64,000 nucleotides of DNA, taken from the NCBI GenBank assembly GCA_003136635.1, contig PLFD01000055.1, positions 346-64,345 on the forward strand. The letters run 5' to 3'. This document shows positions 35,538 through 45,056 of this stretch, in pieces. The stretch comes from a candidate division FCPU426 bacterium. GTDB lineage: Bacteria; Oederibacteriota; Muellerivitia; Muellerivitales; Muellerivitaceae. Position numbers and translations under genes: made by a program. Each line of letters begins with the position of its first letter. Within the stretch, counting starts at the first letter, position 1. Under the pieces are notes generated by a model. It had not been told where the DNA came from, searched no databases, and was given only the letters and a program-made list of their open reading frames with translations.

Positions 35538-36569
35538 ATGAAATCTCTCCCGGTTATTCGAGTTGGCGTGATTGGATTAGGACAAATCGCTGTTAAAGCC
35601 CACTTACCCGGATACTTGCAAGCGGCTGGCTGTCAGGTGACGGCTGTTCATTCTCTGCGGGAACAGCACGCGAAAGCGGTAGCGAAAGAATTCGGCATTC
35701 CGCATATCTATAACAATTGCGACCGTTTGCTGGAATCAAAAGACATCGACGCGGTTTCGATTTGTACGCCCAATTTCACCCATTCCTCGATTGCCATTAA
35801 AGCGCTTAAAGAAGGAAAACATGTCCTGGTGGAAAAGCCGATGGCTATCAACAGCGTAGAAGCTAAGGCAATGATTCAAGCCGCTAAAAAATACAAGCGG
35901 ATTTTAATGGTGCATCAGAATATGAGGTTTGATCCCGCTATTCGAACTTCTGAAAAATTACTGCGCCAAGGCATTATTGGTGATATTTTCGCAGCGAAAA
36001 GTTCTTTAACTCATCGGGGTCCGCAAGCCTGGAGTGAAAAAGCCAATTGGTTTTTTGATAAAAAAAAATCAGGCGGTGGGGCTTTGATGGATCTGGGCCC
36101 TCACGTTTTCAATACCTTGAGTTTTCTGTTGAATGACGAGGCGGTTCTGATGGGAGCGGTGGCGGCGGGCGGCAGAAAAGTAAAACTGAAATCCGACATG
36201 GCACCAGTGCAAATGGACGTTCATGCTTCTTGCTTGCTACGTTTTAAAAAAGGCGCGATTGGAATGATCAACGTGGGATGGGCCGATAACGCTTATCACA
36301 ACCGCTTTTATTTTTACGGAACTAAGGGTGTATTGTCGATCAACCTGGGGAAGGGTGAACCCATTACGGTGGAACTTCGAAATAAACCGGGGAGGGAGTT
36401 TCCCGACCTGGATAAAGACAGTTTTTCTCCCACCATCTATGAGAATTTTCTGGATAGCATTCGTAAAAACAAAACCCCGATGGTTTCAGGTGAAGATGGT
36501 CTTAAAACAATCGAATTGGTAGAAGCCGGTTATCGGTTTATTGCCAAATCGGCTCCGGATGTGTTCTGA
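35538..36569 (+). CDS. Gfo/Idh/MocA-family oxidoreductase
   Basis: N-terminal Rossmann VGVIGLGQIA and the EKP motif (VLVEKPMA). Confidence 0.85.
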   Translation: MKSLPVIRVGVIGLGQIAVKAHLPGYLQAAGCQVTAVHSLREQHAKAVAKEFGIPHIYNNCDRLLESKDIDAVSICTPNFTHSSIAIKALKEGKHVLVEKPMAINSVEAKAMIQAAKKYKRILMVHQNMRFDPAIRTSEKLLRQGIIGDIFAAKSSLTHRGPQAWSEKANWFFDKKKSGGGALMDLGPHVFNTLSFLLNDEAVLMGAVAAGGRKVKLKSDMAPVQMDVHASCLLRFKKGAIGMINVGWADNAYHNRFYFYGTKGVLSINLGKGEPITVELRNKPGREFPDLDKDSFSPTIYENFLDSIRKNKTPMVSGEDGLKTIELVEAGYRFIAKSAPDVF

Positions 36570-36600
36570 ACCTATTTGAGTTGAGCCGGATCGTCGCACC

Positions 36601-36629
36601 TTGACACGATTGGGTTCGATACCTACACT
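36601..36629 (+). promoter_or_regulatory. candidate sigma-70 promoter TTGACA-N17-TACACT for trxA
   Basis: Read directly. It lies 48 nt upstream of the trxA start. Confidence 0.4.
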
Positions 36630-36676
36630 TTGATTCATCTCACATTATGAGAATAAACTAGTCTAGGGAGGACATT

Positions 36677-37003
36677 ATGGGCGCCGCGACACACACATCG
36701 GATTCGGATTTTCAAAAGGACGTTTTGGATTCTAAAATCCCCGTTTTGGTGGATTTTTGGGCCGAATGGTGCGGACCCTGCAAAATGGTGGCTCCGGTCT
36801 TGGACGAGTTGGCCAAAGAATACGAAGGCAAAATTAAAATCGCCAAGGTCGACGTGGATCAAAATCAGCAAGTGGCTGGAAATTTTAACATCCGCAGCAT
36901 TCCGACCCTGCTCTTTTTCAAAAATGGCCAGGTGGTCAAGCAATTGATCGGAGCCCATCCGAAAACGAAACTGGTTACTGAAATTCAAGAGGTTCTTGGT
37001 TAA
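36677..37003 (+). CDS. trxA: thioredoxin
   Basis: WAEWCGPCK active site, 108 aa. Confidence 0.9.
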   Translation: MGAATHTSDSDFQKDVLDSKIPVLVDFWAEWCGPCKMVAPVLDELAKEYEGKIKIAKVDVDQNQQVAGNFNIRSIPTLLFFKNGQVVKQLIGAHPKTKLVTEIQEVLG

Positions 37004-37005
37004 TT

Positions 37006-37455
37006 TTGACCGTTAGTGTTTTTCGATTTTTTTCTTTTCTGTTCTTTGTTGTTTGGGGTTTGGCAGGTCACGGCGTTTTTGCGGCAAGCGTGACTCCCGC
37101 TCCTGACAGTCTTCCATTTGTTTCAGGTAATCAATTTCAAACTCAAGTCGACTCCTCGAAAATTCCGGTGGTTCTCGATTTTTGGGCCTCCTGGTGTGCG
37201 CCCTGTCAGGTTTATAGTCCGGTCGTTGAAGAAGCATCCCATGCATTCAAAAACAAAATGGCTTTTTATAAAGTAGACGTCTCGGATAACGCGAATGAAC
37301 AACGGGTTAAAGGCTATGCTATTGAATCAATCCCAACGATTTTGGTAATTGAAAATGGTCAAGTGGTGGAACGATGGGAAGGTATGTTTAAACCCAACGA
37401 CCTTAAATCCAAGTTGAAACAAGTTTTGAAAAACTGGTTAAAACCTGTCCCTTAA
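37006..37455 (+). CDS. secreted/periplasmic thioredoxin-like protein
   Basis: Signal-like leader and a WASWCAPCQ active site. TTG start. Confidence 0.7.
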   Translation: MTVSVFRFFSFLFFVVWGLAGHGVFAASVTPAPDSLPFVSGNQFQTQVDSSKIPVVLDFWASWCAPCQVYSPVVEEASHAFKNKMAFYKVDVSDNANEQRVKGYAIESIPTILVIENGQVVERWEGMFKPNDLKSKLKQVLKNWLKPVP

Positions 37456-37496
37456 ATCCTTAAGTGGTGAGGTTATTGCTTCCCGGTAGGAATTCA

Positions 37497-37526
37497 TTGA
37501 CAGGTTTTCCCGGTTTTACCTATACT
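37497..37526 (+). promoter_or_regulatory. candidate sigma-70 promoter TTGACA-N18-TATACT for secDF
   Basis: Read directly in the 103-nt gap before secD. Confidence 0.4.
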
Positions 37527-37558
37527 GCCACCGCTTTTAGCCTAGTTTTCCAAGCTTT

Positions 37559-38932
37559 TTGGGGAAAACCAGCAAGACCAACCTTTTTAATAAAGAAAGG
37601 CTTTCAGTGACTTTCCAAAAGTGGATGGCTCTCATTGTTATTGTACTCATTGGCGTTTCGATTATGGGCATTTTGCCGTCTGATTCAGACCGCAAGGAGC
37701 ATAAGGCGACTAGTTTAAAGCTGGGGTTGGATATCCAGGGTGGTCTGCATATGAATCTGGTAGTTGACCGGGACAAGATGCAGGGTAAGAGCGAACAAGA
37801 AATTTCAGATGCGGCTGATCGAGCCATGGAAATTTTGCGCAATCGTATTGACGCTTTGGGTGTCAGCGAACCGGTTTTGGAACGCGAAGGCATTGACGGA
37901 ATTGTAATCCAATTACCCGGATTGACCGATGTGAAGCACGCCAGGGACATTATTCTTTCCACCGCTCAATTAGAATTCCGATTTGTTTCAACTCTTCATC
38001 CGTCGGATTACATGGATAAAGACGGCAAAATTGACGTTAAAAAACTGCCAGCCGACATTACCTATTTTCCTGGTAAAGATAATCAGCAATACCTTTGTGA
38101 AAAAGTACTCTTGACCGGTGAAGCTTTAGTGGATGCTCATGTGGAAACTGATTCTTTGGGTCGATCCGAAATCGCATTTACGCTTAATTCTGAAGGCGGG
38201 AAAGAATTTGGAATCATTACGGGAGAAAATCTTCACCGACAATTGGCCATCATTTTGGATGATCGAGTTTACTCCGCTCCTGAAATCCAAAGCCGTATTC
38301 CGGGTGGGCATGGCGTGATCACGGGTAGTTTTTCAGATACGGAAGCGGCCGATCTGGCGCTGGTCTTAAAAGCGGGAGCTTTACCTGCTCCGTTAAAAGT
38401 TGTTGGTCAGTTTCAAGTGGGACCGAGCTTGGGCGCGGACTCGGTTAAAAAAGGCACTTTGGCCGCAGTTTACGGGTTGATTTTAGTTCTGATTTTTATG
38501 GGTATTTATTACCGGGTTTCGGGCGTCATCGCCAATGTAGGTCTGCTGGTGAATATGGTTTATCTAGTCGGAGCGCTGGCTTATTTGAAAGCGACCATTA
38601 CTCTGCCTGGCATTGCGGGCATTATTTTGACACTAGGTTTGTCCGTGGACTCCAACGTTCTGATCTTTGAACGCATTCGTGAGGAATTAAAACTGGGCAA
38701 AACCGTTCGATCGGCTATTCAAGCCGGTTATAACAGGGCTCTGGTTGCGATTATCGATACACACGTGACGACGCTTATTTCGGCCGCGGTTTTGTTTCAA
38801 TTTGGCACGGGTCCCATCAAGGGTTTTGCTGTGACTTTAAGCCTCGGTGTGGCGTTGAGTTTGTTTACCGCTGTCGTGATTACCAAGATGATTTTTGACG
38901 CCCGCAAAGAATACCAAGGACTGAGCATCTAG
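37559..38932 (+). CDS. secD: protein translocase subunit SecD
   Basis: LGLDIQGG, periplasmic domain, C-terminal 6-TM SecD/F domain. TTG start, uncertain. Confidence 0.9.
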   Translation: MGKTSKTNLFNKERLSVTFQKWMALIVIVLIGVSIMGILPSDSDRKEHKATSLKLGLDIQGGLHMNLVVDRDKMQGKSEQEISDAADRAMEILRNRIDALGVSEPVLEREGIDGIVIQLPGLTDVKHARDIILSTAQLEFRFVSTLHPSDYMDKDGKIDVKKLPADITYFPGKDNQQYLCEKVLLTGEALVDAHVETDSLGRSEIAFTLNSEGGKEFGIITGENLHRQLAIILDDRVYSAPEIQSRIPGGHGVITGSFSDTEAADLALVLKAGALPAPLKVVGQFQVGPSLGADSVKKGTLAAVYGLILVLIFMGIYYRVSGVIANVGLLVNMVYLVGALAYLKATITLPGIAGIILTLGLSVDSNVLIFERIREELKLGKTVRSAIQAGYNRALVAIIDTHVTTLISAAVLFQFGTGPIKGFAVTLSLGVALSLFTAVVITKMIFDARKEYQGLSI

Positions 38933-38944
38933 AAAGGCAGCATC

Positions 38945-39877
38945 ATGTTTCAATGGTTTAATGAACCCAAAATTAATTTCATGGCGCCGCGCCGGTTTTT
39001 CCTAACCTTGTCCACTTTGGGCTGTTTGGCGGGTGTTTATGCCATTGTTCTTTTGTATCAGGGAAAAGCTAATTTGGGCACGGACTTTGGGGCTGGTGTG
39101 TTGCTTCGCATGTCGGCTTCGAGCAGTGTTGAAATTGATAAAGTCCGCCAATCCTTGAAGGATCAAGGATATGGAGATGCAGTTATTCAACAGGTAAAAG
39201 AGGACGACAACAGCGGTTTTAAATTGATCATTAAGCTCAAGCATGATGAGAGCAAAGAAGTGGGAAGCATCGGCCAGGATGTTTTGGATTTTTTTAATAA
39301 GAGTTTTCCAGATGCTCATTTTACCCTGGATGGCAGCGACGAAGTTGGGCCGGCGGTTTCACAAAAACTACGGGATGACGCGTTAAAAGCTTTTCTACTT
39401 TCGATGCTGGGTATTTTGGTTTATATCGCTTTTCGTTTTGATTTCAAATTCGCGGTGGCCGCGATTATTACGACCGTTCACGATATTCTGGTTATTTTGG
39501 GAATCATTATCTTAACGGGTCGGGAATTTAACCTTTTACAAGTAACAGCCCTTCTGACGCTAGCTGGGTATTCTTTGAACGATACGGTGGTTACGTTTGA
39601 CCGTATTCGCGAAAATCTTAAATTCTTAGTTAAAGATCATACCTTTGCCAGTTTGGTGAATTTGAGCGTGAACGAGACTTTGAGCCGGACGATTAACACC
39701 AGCGGTACGGTTTTCTTAACCCTTTTACCCCTGTGTGTTATCGGCGGAGATGCTTTGAAGGATTTCGCTTTTACCCTTCTTTTAGGCGTTGTGGTGGGAA
39801 CCTATTCTTCTATCTTTGTGGCAAGCCCGATTCTGGTTGAGTGGAATAATCTGGCGAAGCCGAAAGCCCCGAAGTAA
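38945..39877 (+). CDS. secF: protein translocase subunit SecF
   Basis: SecF signature (LGTDFGAG, YSLNDTVVTFDRIRE). Confidence 0.9.
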   Translation: MFQWFNEPKINFMAPRRFFLTLSTLGCLAGVYAIVLLYQGKANLGTDFGAGVLLRMSASSSVEIDKVRQSLKDQGYGDAVIQQVKEDDNSGFKLIIKLKHDESKEVGSIGQDVLDFFNKSFPDAHFTLDGSDEVGPAVSQKLRDDALKAFLLSMLGILVYIAFRFDFKFAVAAIITTVHDILVILGIIILTGREFNLLQVTALLTLAGYSLNDTVVTFDRIRENLKFLVKDHTFASLVNLSVNETLSRTINTSGTVFLTLLPLCVIGGDALKDFAFTLLLGVVVGTYSSIFVASPILVEWNNLAKPKAPK

Positions 39878-39931
39878 GTACTGTCTTCAGCTTTTCTCTG
39901 GACGCATTCCATTCGCGGAAAGGCGTTTCTG

Positions 39932-40612
39932 ATGGATATTCAAAATCAAATTCATGATATTCAAAAACGAATTCAGGATTCGGCCGCGCGGGTTGGCCGA
40001 AACCCTTCGGATATTCTTCTCTTAGCGGTTTCTAAAACGGTTTCTTCTGACAATATCCAAAAAGCTTATGACGCGGGACTAAAAGATTTTGGAGAAAACC
40101 GCATGCAGGAAGCTTTGGAAAAGATACCTTTATTGCCCTGGGATGTCCGTTGGCACATGATTGGACAGTTGCAAACCAATAAGATTAATAAAACACTGGG
40201 GCGGTTTGTCTTGATTCACTCCATCGATTCGCCGGAGTTGGCTCAGGCGGTTTCGAAACGTCAAGGCGACCTCACTCAGGATGTACTCTTAGAGGTTAAT
40301 ACATCGGGAGAGCCAAGCAAGTCGGGAGTGGATCCCGCACAAACCCTTTTGGCCGCTCAAACTCTTTCAAGGTTGCCACATTTGAAGTTAAAAGGTCTGA
40401 TGACTGTGGGGCCTTTAACCGAGAACATTAGCAAACAAAGAGATGCTTTTAAAAAACTCAAAGAACTATTTGAACAAATCGGGTCGAAAAAATCGCTCGG
40501 CGATTCCTTTTCGATTCTATCGATGGGCATGAGCGGGGATTTTGAAATGGCAATTGAGGAAGGCTCGACTTTGGTTCGAGTGGGAAGCGCCATCTTCGGC
40601 GCCAGAGCTTAA
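39932..40612 (+). CDS. yggS: YggS-family pyridoxal-phosphate homeostasis protein
   Basis: LLAVSKT (PLP lysine), FGENRMQE, HMIGQLQTNK, SMGMSGD. Confidence 0.85.
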   Translation: MDIQNQIHDIQKRIQDSAARVGRNPSDILLLAVSKTVSSDNIQKAYDAGLKDFGENRMQEALEKIPLLPWDVRWHMIGQLQTNKINKTLGRFVLIHSIDSPELAQAVSKRQGDLTQDVLLEVNTSGEPSKSGVDPAQTLLAAQTLSRLPHLKLKGLMTVGPLTENISKQRDAFKKLKELFEQIGSKKSLGDSFSILSMGMSGDFEMAIEEGSTLVRVGSAIFGARA

Positions 40613-40672
40613 AAAGCTTTTGAATAGGGTCATGGCCCATTAAAATGAAGCGGCTTTAAAAGGGGAATTGAG

Positions 40673-41494
40673 ATGGCCTTTCAACAAAAAACAGTCGTTT
40701 TGGGCATTGGGAAAATGGGCGGCGCTTTGGTCAATGGCTGGATTTCCTCAAAGCTTATACCAGCTTCGAAAATCATTGGGGTTCGATCAGATGCCTCAAA
40801 AGTTAAACAAACCACTTCTCAATTAAAGATTAAAGTCACCACCAGCACGGACTTAGCTTTAAAAGGAGCCCGACTGATAATTTTGGCCGTCAAACCTCAA
40901 AAATTAAAGGATGTTTTGAGTCAAGTTGGCGGGTTTATTTCTAAAAATGCATTGGTAGTTTCGATAGCGGCTGGTGTTTCCACGGAACAGATTGAAAAAT
41001 TACTACCTCAGGGCTGTCCCGTCGTGCGTGTCATGCCGAATACGCCGTCTTTGTTAAGTGCGGGTATGGCGGCGGTAGCTGGGGGTAAGCGAGCGAAACC
41101 GGCGCATGTCAAACTGGTGTTAAAACTCTTCGCGGCGGTTGGAAAATCCATTCCGGTTCGTGAAGATCAAATGGACTGGGTGACTGCGGTGTCGGGAAGC
41201 GGGCCCGCTTATGTTTTTCATATGATCGAAGCGATGATAGAAGCGGGGGTAAAAGGCGGCTTGGATGAAAAGGTTGCTTTAGCGTTGGTAGCTCAAACCG
41301 TATATGGAGCGGCCCGAATGGTTCAGGAGACGGGGAAAAGCCCCGCAGAACTTCGAATCCAAGTCACTTCATCGGGAGGAACCACTCAAGCGGCCCTCGA
41401 TAAAATGACCGAATTGGGGTTTAAAGCGATAGTTGAAAAGGCGATGTCTGCCGCAGCTCAACGGAGTGCGGAATTGCAAAAGCTGAACGGGTAA
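40673..41494 (+). CDS. proC: pyrroline-5-carboxylate reductase
   Basis: GIGKMGGAL Rossmann, VRVMPNTP, and the SSGGTTQAAL C-terminal block. Confidence 0.9.
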   Translation: MAFQQKTVVLGIGKMGGALVNGWISSKLIPASKIIGVRSDASKVKQTTSQLKIKVTTSTDLALKGARLIILAVKPQKLKDVLSQVGGFISKNALVVSIAAGVSTEQIEKLLPQGCPVVRVMPNTPSLLSAGMAAVAGGKRAKPAHVKLVLKLFAAVGKSIPVREDQMDWVTAVSGSGPAYVFHMIEAMIEAGVKGGLDEKVALALVAQTVYGAARMVQETGKSPAELRIQVTSSGGTTQAALDKMTELGFKAIVEKAMSAAAQRSAELQKLNG

Positions 41495-41497
41495 CCC

Positions 41498-41791
41498 ATG
41501 GCATTCTTACTTTCTGGCTTTGCGTATTTTCTTACTGTTTTATTAGACTTGATGACTTTGCTTTTAATTTTGGAATGGTTTTTTTATTTCATACCGGGTG
41601 CGTCATTGAATGGGATTCGCAAATTATTTTTTTATTTAACTTATCCCTTGCTGGGATGGAGTGATCGTTTCTTTTCGGTTCGTTTAGGTTTGTTTAACTC
41701 GCGAGGTTTATTTACCGCGCTTCTGTTGTGGGGCATAGGTTATTTGGGTGTACCTTGGTTGATTCTTTTTAGCTATTCTTTGCGAGTTTGA
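41498..41791 (+). CDS. yggT: YggT-family membrane protein
   Basis: 97-aa multi-TM protein in the conserved yggS-proC-yggT context. Confidence 0.65.
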   Translation: MAFLLSGFAYFLTVLLDLMTLLLILEWFFYFIPGASLNGIRKLFFYLTYPLLGWSDRFFSVRLGLFNSRGLFTALLLWGIGYLGVPWLILFSYSLRV

Positions 41792-41842
41792 TGAAAGACG
41801 TTAGAAGCTTTAAGTAAACTGAAAAATTAAAAGGGGAAATTT

Positions 41843-42670
41843 ATGGCTGAGTTATTTGATCAGATTCAGGAAGCTCTGAAAGAGATTCGTAAAAGCACTC
41901 CGTCCAAACCTAAGGTGGGTATTATTTTAGGAACGGGTCTCGGTGCTCTGGCTCATGAAATTACAGATCAAACCGTTATCCCTTACGGAAAAATACCGCA
42001 TTTTCCTCTTTCTACGGTTGAATCTCACGCAGGCGAGCTGGTTTTTGGGAAATTAGGGAATACATCGGTTGTGGCCATGAAGGGCCGCTTTCACCGTTAT
42101 GAAGGATACACGATGCAGCAGGTGACGTTTCCTGTTCGGGTGATGAAGGCGCTGGGTATTGATTATTTGCTTGTGTCAAACGCTTGTGGCGGTATGAACA
42201 GAACCTATAACCCTGGTGATTTAATGATCATTGAGGATCACGTGAATTTAATGGGCGACAATCCGCTGATCGGAATCAATGATGATCGCCTCGGTCCTCG
42301 GTGGCCTGATATGTGCGAGCCCTATTCAAAAGAACTTATGGCTTTAACCGAGAAGATTGCTTGGGAAAAACGCATTCCGGTTCGTAAAGGTGTTTATGTA
42401 GCGGTGACAGGCCCTAATTTGGAAACGCGGGCCGAATACCGCTGGCTCTCCACCTTTGCGGATGTGGTGGGAATGTCAACTGTTCCTGAGGTAGTGGTGG
42501 GTGTGCATGCCGGGCTTAAAGTTTTGGGCATTTCAGTTATTACGGATAAGTGTGTGGCCGATACCTTAGAACCAGCGGATATTAAAAAGATTATTCAACA
42601 TGCTCAAGAAGCCGAGCCGAAACTGACTGTTTTGATGAAAGAAGTGGCCATCGCTTTGGAGAAAAAATAA
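41843..42670 (+). CDS. purine nucleoside phosphorylase (PunA/PNP-I type)
   Basis: GRFHRYEGY, VGMSTVPEV. 275 aa. Confidence 0.8.
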   Translation: MAELFDQIQEALKEIRKSTPSKPKVGIILGTGLGALAHEITDQTVIPYGKIPHFPLSTVESHAGELVFGKLGNTSVVAMKGRFHRYEGYTMQQVTFPVRVMKALGIDYLLVSNACGGMNRTYNPGDLMIIEDHVNLMGDNPLIGINDDRLGPRWPDMCEPYSKELMALTEKIAWEKRIPVRKGVYVAVTGPNLETRAEYRWLSTFADVVGMSTVPEVVVGVHAGLKVLGISVITDKCVADTLEPADIKKIIQHAQEAEPKLTVLMKEVAIALEKK

Positions 42671-43737
42671 TGGCAGTCAAGAAATTACGGCCTATTCGCT
42701 GGACGAGGGGAATTGTTTATCTTTTGGAACAAAGGGATTTGCCCTTTCGTGAAAAATGGGTGAAATGCGATACGGTAGAGAAAGTTGCCAAAGCGATTGA
42801 AGAAATGACAGTTCGCGGGGCGCCTGCCATTGGTATTACGGCAGCTTATGGTGTGGCTTTGGGAGCTGTTCGTTCTAAAAGTAAGAACACAGCGGTGTTT
42901 GAAAAACATGTTGGAAAAGCTATTGTCAGGCTGCGCCGAACTAGACCAACAGCTGTCAACTTGTTTTGGGCTTTGGATCGAATGGAAGAATGTCTCAAAG
43001 TCGTTTCTGTGTTGCCTATAGCAGAACAAAAACAGGCATTGGAAAAGGAAGCGATTGATATTCACTTGGAAGACGAAGCTTTGTGTAACCGCCTGGGAGA
43101 GCACGGAGCCAAACTTTTAGCGAGCGCCAAGAATGTTCTGACCCATTGCAACACAGGTGCTTTGGCCACGGGGGGAGATGGAACGGCGTTGGCGGCGATT
43201 ACGCATGCTGCGCGAAAAAATAAAAAGTTGCATGTTTGGGTGGATGAAACCCGACCTTATTTACAGGGTGCTCGTTTAACGGCTTACGAAGTGGCGCACG
43301 CTGGAATAGACTTTCACTTAATTACGGACAATATGGCCGCTTCTTTGATGAAGCAAAGAAAGGTAGACGCTATTATTGTGGGTGCGGACCGGATTGTGGC
43401 TAATGGGGATACGGCTAATAAAATTGGAACCTATGCTTTGGCGGTAATGGCCAAGGCACACGGGATTCCATTTTATGTTTCAGCTCCAACGACAACGTTG
43501 GATTTGACTAAGAAAAATGGCGACGAAATTGAGATTGAACAAAGAAACCCAAAAGAAGTCACTCATCCACAAGGTATAGCCATCACAAAAGAAAGTTATC
43601 CTGTTTATAACCCCGCTTTTGATGTGACCCCGGGAAAGCTGATTACGGCGATTATTCTGGAAACGGGTATTTGCAGGAGCCCTTATCAAAAGTCGCTGGG
43701 ACAAGCTTTGGCTGTGGCTAAAAAAGAGTCGATGTGA
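42670..43737 (+). CDS. mtnA: S-methyl-5-thioribose-1-phosphate isomerase
   Basis: eIF-2B alpha/beta/delta family. RGAPAIG, ETRPYLQGARLTAYE, GADRIVANGDTANKIGTY. Confidence 0.85.
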   Translation: MAVKKLRPIRWTRGIVYLLEQRDLPFREKWVKCDTVEKVAKAIEEMTVRGAPAIGITAAYGVALGAVRSKSKNTAVFEKHVGKAIVRLRRTRPTAVNLFWALDRMEECLKVVSVLPIAEQKQALEKEAIDIHLEDEALCNRLGEHGAKLLASAKNVLTHCNTGALATGGDGTALAAITHAARKNKKLHVWVDETRPYLQGARLTAYEVAHAGIDFHLITDNMAASLMKQRKVDAIIVGADRIVANGDTANKIGTYALAVMAKAHGIPFYVSAPTTTLDLTKKNGDEIEIEQRNPKEVTHPQGIAITKESYPVYNPAFDVTPGKLITAIILETGICRSPYQKSLGQALAVAKKESM

Positions 43738-44150
43738 GTTCGGAGGTTTCTAGCGATGAAACCTTTGCAGACGATCATTATTGCTTGTGCTGTGGTGATC
43801 AAAATCCAATAGGTTTTAAAATGAAGTTCCATTTTGAAGGTGAAAAGCTGCTCTCGGAAGTGATTGTTCCAAAAGAATATCAAGGTTTTAGCCATGTGGT
43901 TCACGGCGGCATTTTGGGCATGCTTTTAGATGAGATAATGGTGAATTGCTATTGGTTTAAGGGTATTAAAGCTGTAACTGTAGAGTATCAGGTTCGACTC
44001 AAGGCTCCTTGTCCCACCGATGCCCGGGTTTTACTTTTCGCATGGCCCTTAGAGAAGAAACACCAGCTCCATTTTGTGGCGGCCGAAGCCCGTCTTGAAG
44101 ATGGAACGGTGGTAGCTGAAGCTACAGCAAAGTGCATGAAAATAAAGTAA
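43734..44150 (+). CDS. PaaI/hotdog-fold thioesterase with an N-terminal CxCC segment
   Basis: HGGILGMLLDE core. GTG start overlapping the mtnA stop. Confidence 0.65.
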   Translation: MSSEVSSDETFADDHYCLCCGDQNPIGFKMKFHFEGEKLLSEVIVPKEYQGFSHVVHGGILGMLLDEIMVNCYWFKGIKAVTVEYQVRLKAPCPTDARVLLFAWPLEKKHQLHFVAAEARLEDGTVVAEATAKCMKIK

Positions 44151-44224
44151 TAATGTTGCGAAAAAGAGATTTCCTGTTACACTGATGCCCGCAAAAAAGC
44201 TGTTTATTTAATGGAGGATTTTGA

Positions 44225-44329
44225 ATGCCTTGTGGTAAAAAGCGTCATCGTGCAAAGATTAAAACTCACAAACGGAAAAAACATCGTAAGAAGATGAGAG
44301 CCTTGTTGCGTCGTCAGGGCCGTCTATAA
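44225..44329 (+). CDS. 34-aa highly basic protein, bS22 / AURKAIP1-COX24-like
   Basis: Not in the ORF track. ATG lies behind GGAGG. It encodes MPCGKKRHRAKIKTHKRKKHRKKMRALLRRQGRL, similar in length and composition to small ribosomal protein bS22. A hairpin terminator follows it. Confidence 0.45.
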   Translation: MPCGKKRHRAKIKTHKRKKHRKKMRALLRRQGRL

Positions 44330-44354
44330 TTTTTTTATTGTTTTAGTTTTAAGT

Positions 44355-44388
44355 CGCTCTTGGGTATCCAGGAGCGGCTTATTTTTTT
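44355..44388 (+). terminator. rho-independent terminator
   Basis: CGCTCTTGG-gtat-CCAGGAGCG (9-bp stem, one G-U) followed by GCTTATTTTTTT. Confidence 0.6.
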
Positions 44389-44597
44389 GTCATAAATCAT
44401 GTGTTTTTGATCAATTTTCTTAATTGGTCGATATGTTGTATCGTTTTTTAAGAAACCACTAGATGTTGTGTTTTTTTGTTAAAAAACAAGGAGTTAAAGC
44501 GATTTTAGTTCTTCTTTCTTTCCAAAAAAGCACTCATGCCTACAATGTCGTTGTCAGTCAGGTTCCAATGCGTTATCAACTGTCTTAAAAGTGTCAA

Positions 44598-44822
44598 ATG
44601 ATATTAACGATAAAAGAAGTCGCAGACAAACTGGGTGTGCATGAACAAACGCTTCGCAATTGGGAGCGCCTTGGTCTTTTGAAAGTTTCGCGTATTGGCG
44701 GAAATCGTACAAGGATTTATGACGAGAATGATTTTCTGTTATGCAAAAAAATAGTAAGTTTTTCTGATCAAGGAATTAATTTAAAAGGAATCAAAGCGCT
44801 TTTAGAGATTGGGAAAATATAA
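44598..44822 (+). CDS. short MerR-family HTH protein
   Basis: LTIKEVADKLGVHEQTLRNWERLGLL...R.Y MerR-type wHTH. Only 74 aa, with no effector domain. Confidence 0.7.
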   Translation: MILTIKEVADKLGVHEQTLRNWERLGLLKVSRIGGNRTRIYDENDFLLCKKIVSFSDQGINLKGIKALLEIGKI

Positions 44823-44896
44823 CTGGTCCAGTTTTTTGAAGTAAAAAAGTAGTGCTGGAAACGGCTTTAAACAAGGGTTTTCTGTCAGCTAAATCC

Positions 44897-44924
44897 TTGA
44901 CAGGGGTGAAAGCTTTGTCATAAT
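44897..44924 (+). promoter_or_regulatory. candidate sigma-70 promoter TTGACA-N16-CATAAT for the flagellar operon
   Basis: Read directly. It lies 133 nt upstream of flgB. Confidence 0.45.
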
Positions 44925-45056
44925 GACAAAACTTTTTCCCTTCGAACACAAATTCGAGAAAGTATTTTCGTTAGTTTGGAGTTCTGTCCGCAAGTCGAGT
45001 TGTTGGGTCGTTGAAGCAGTTTCTGACATGAATTCAAAATGGATTGAGGAGAAAAA

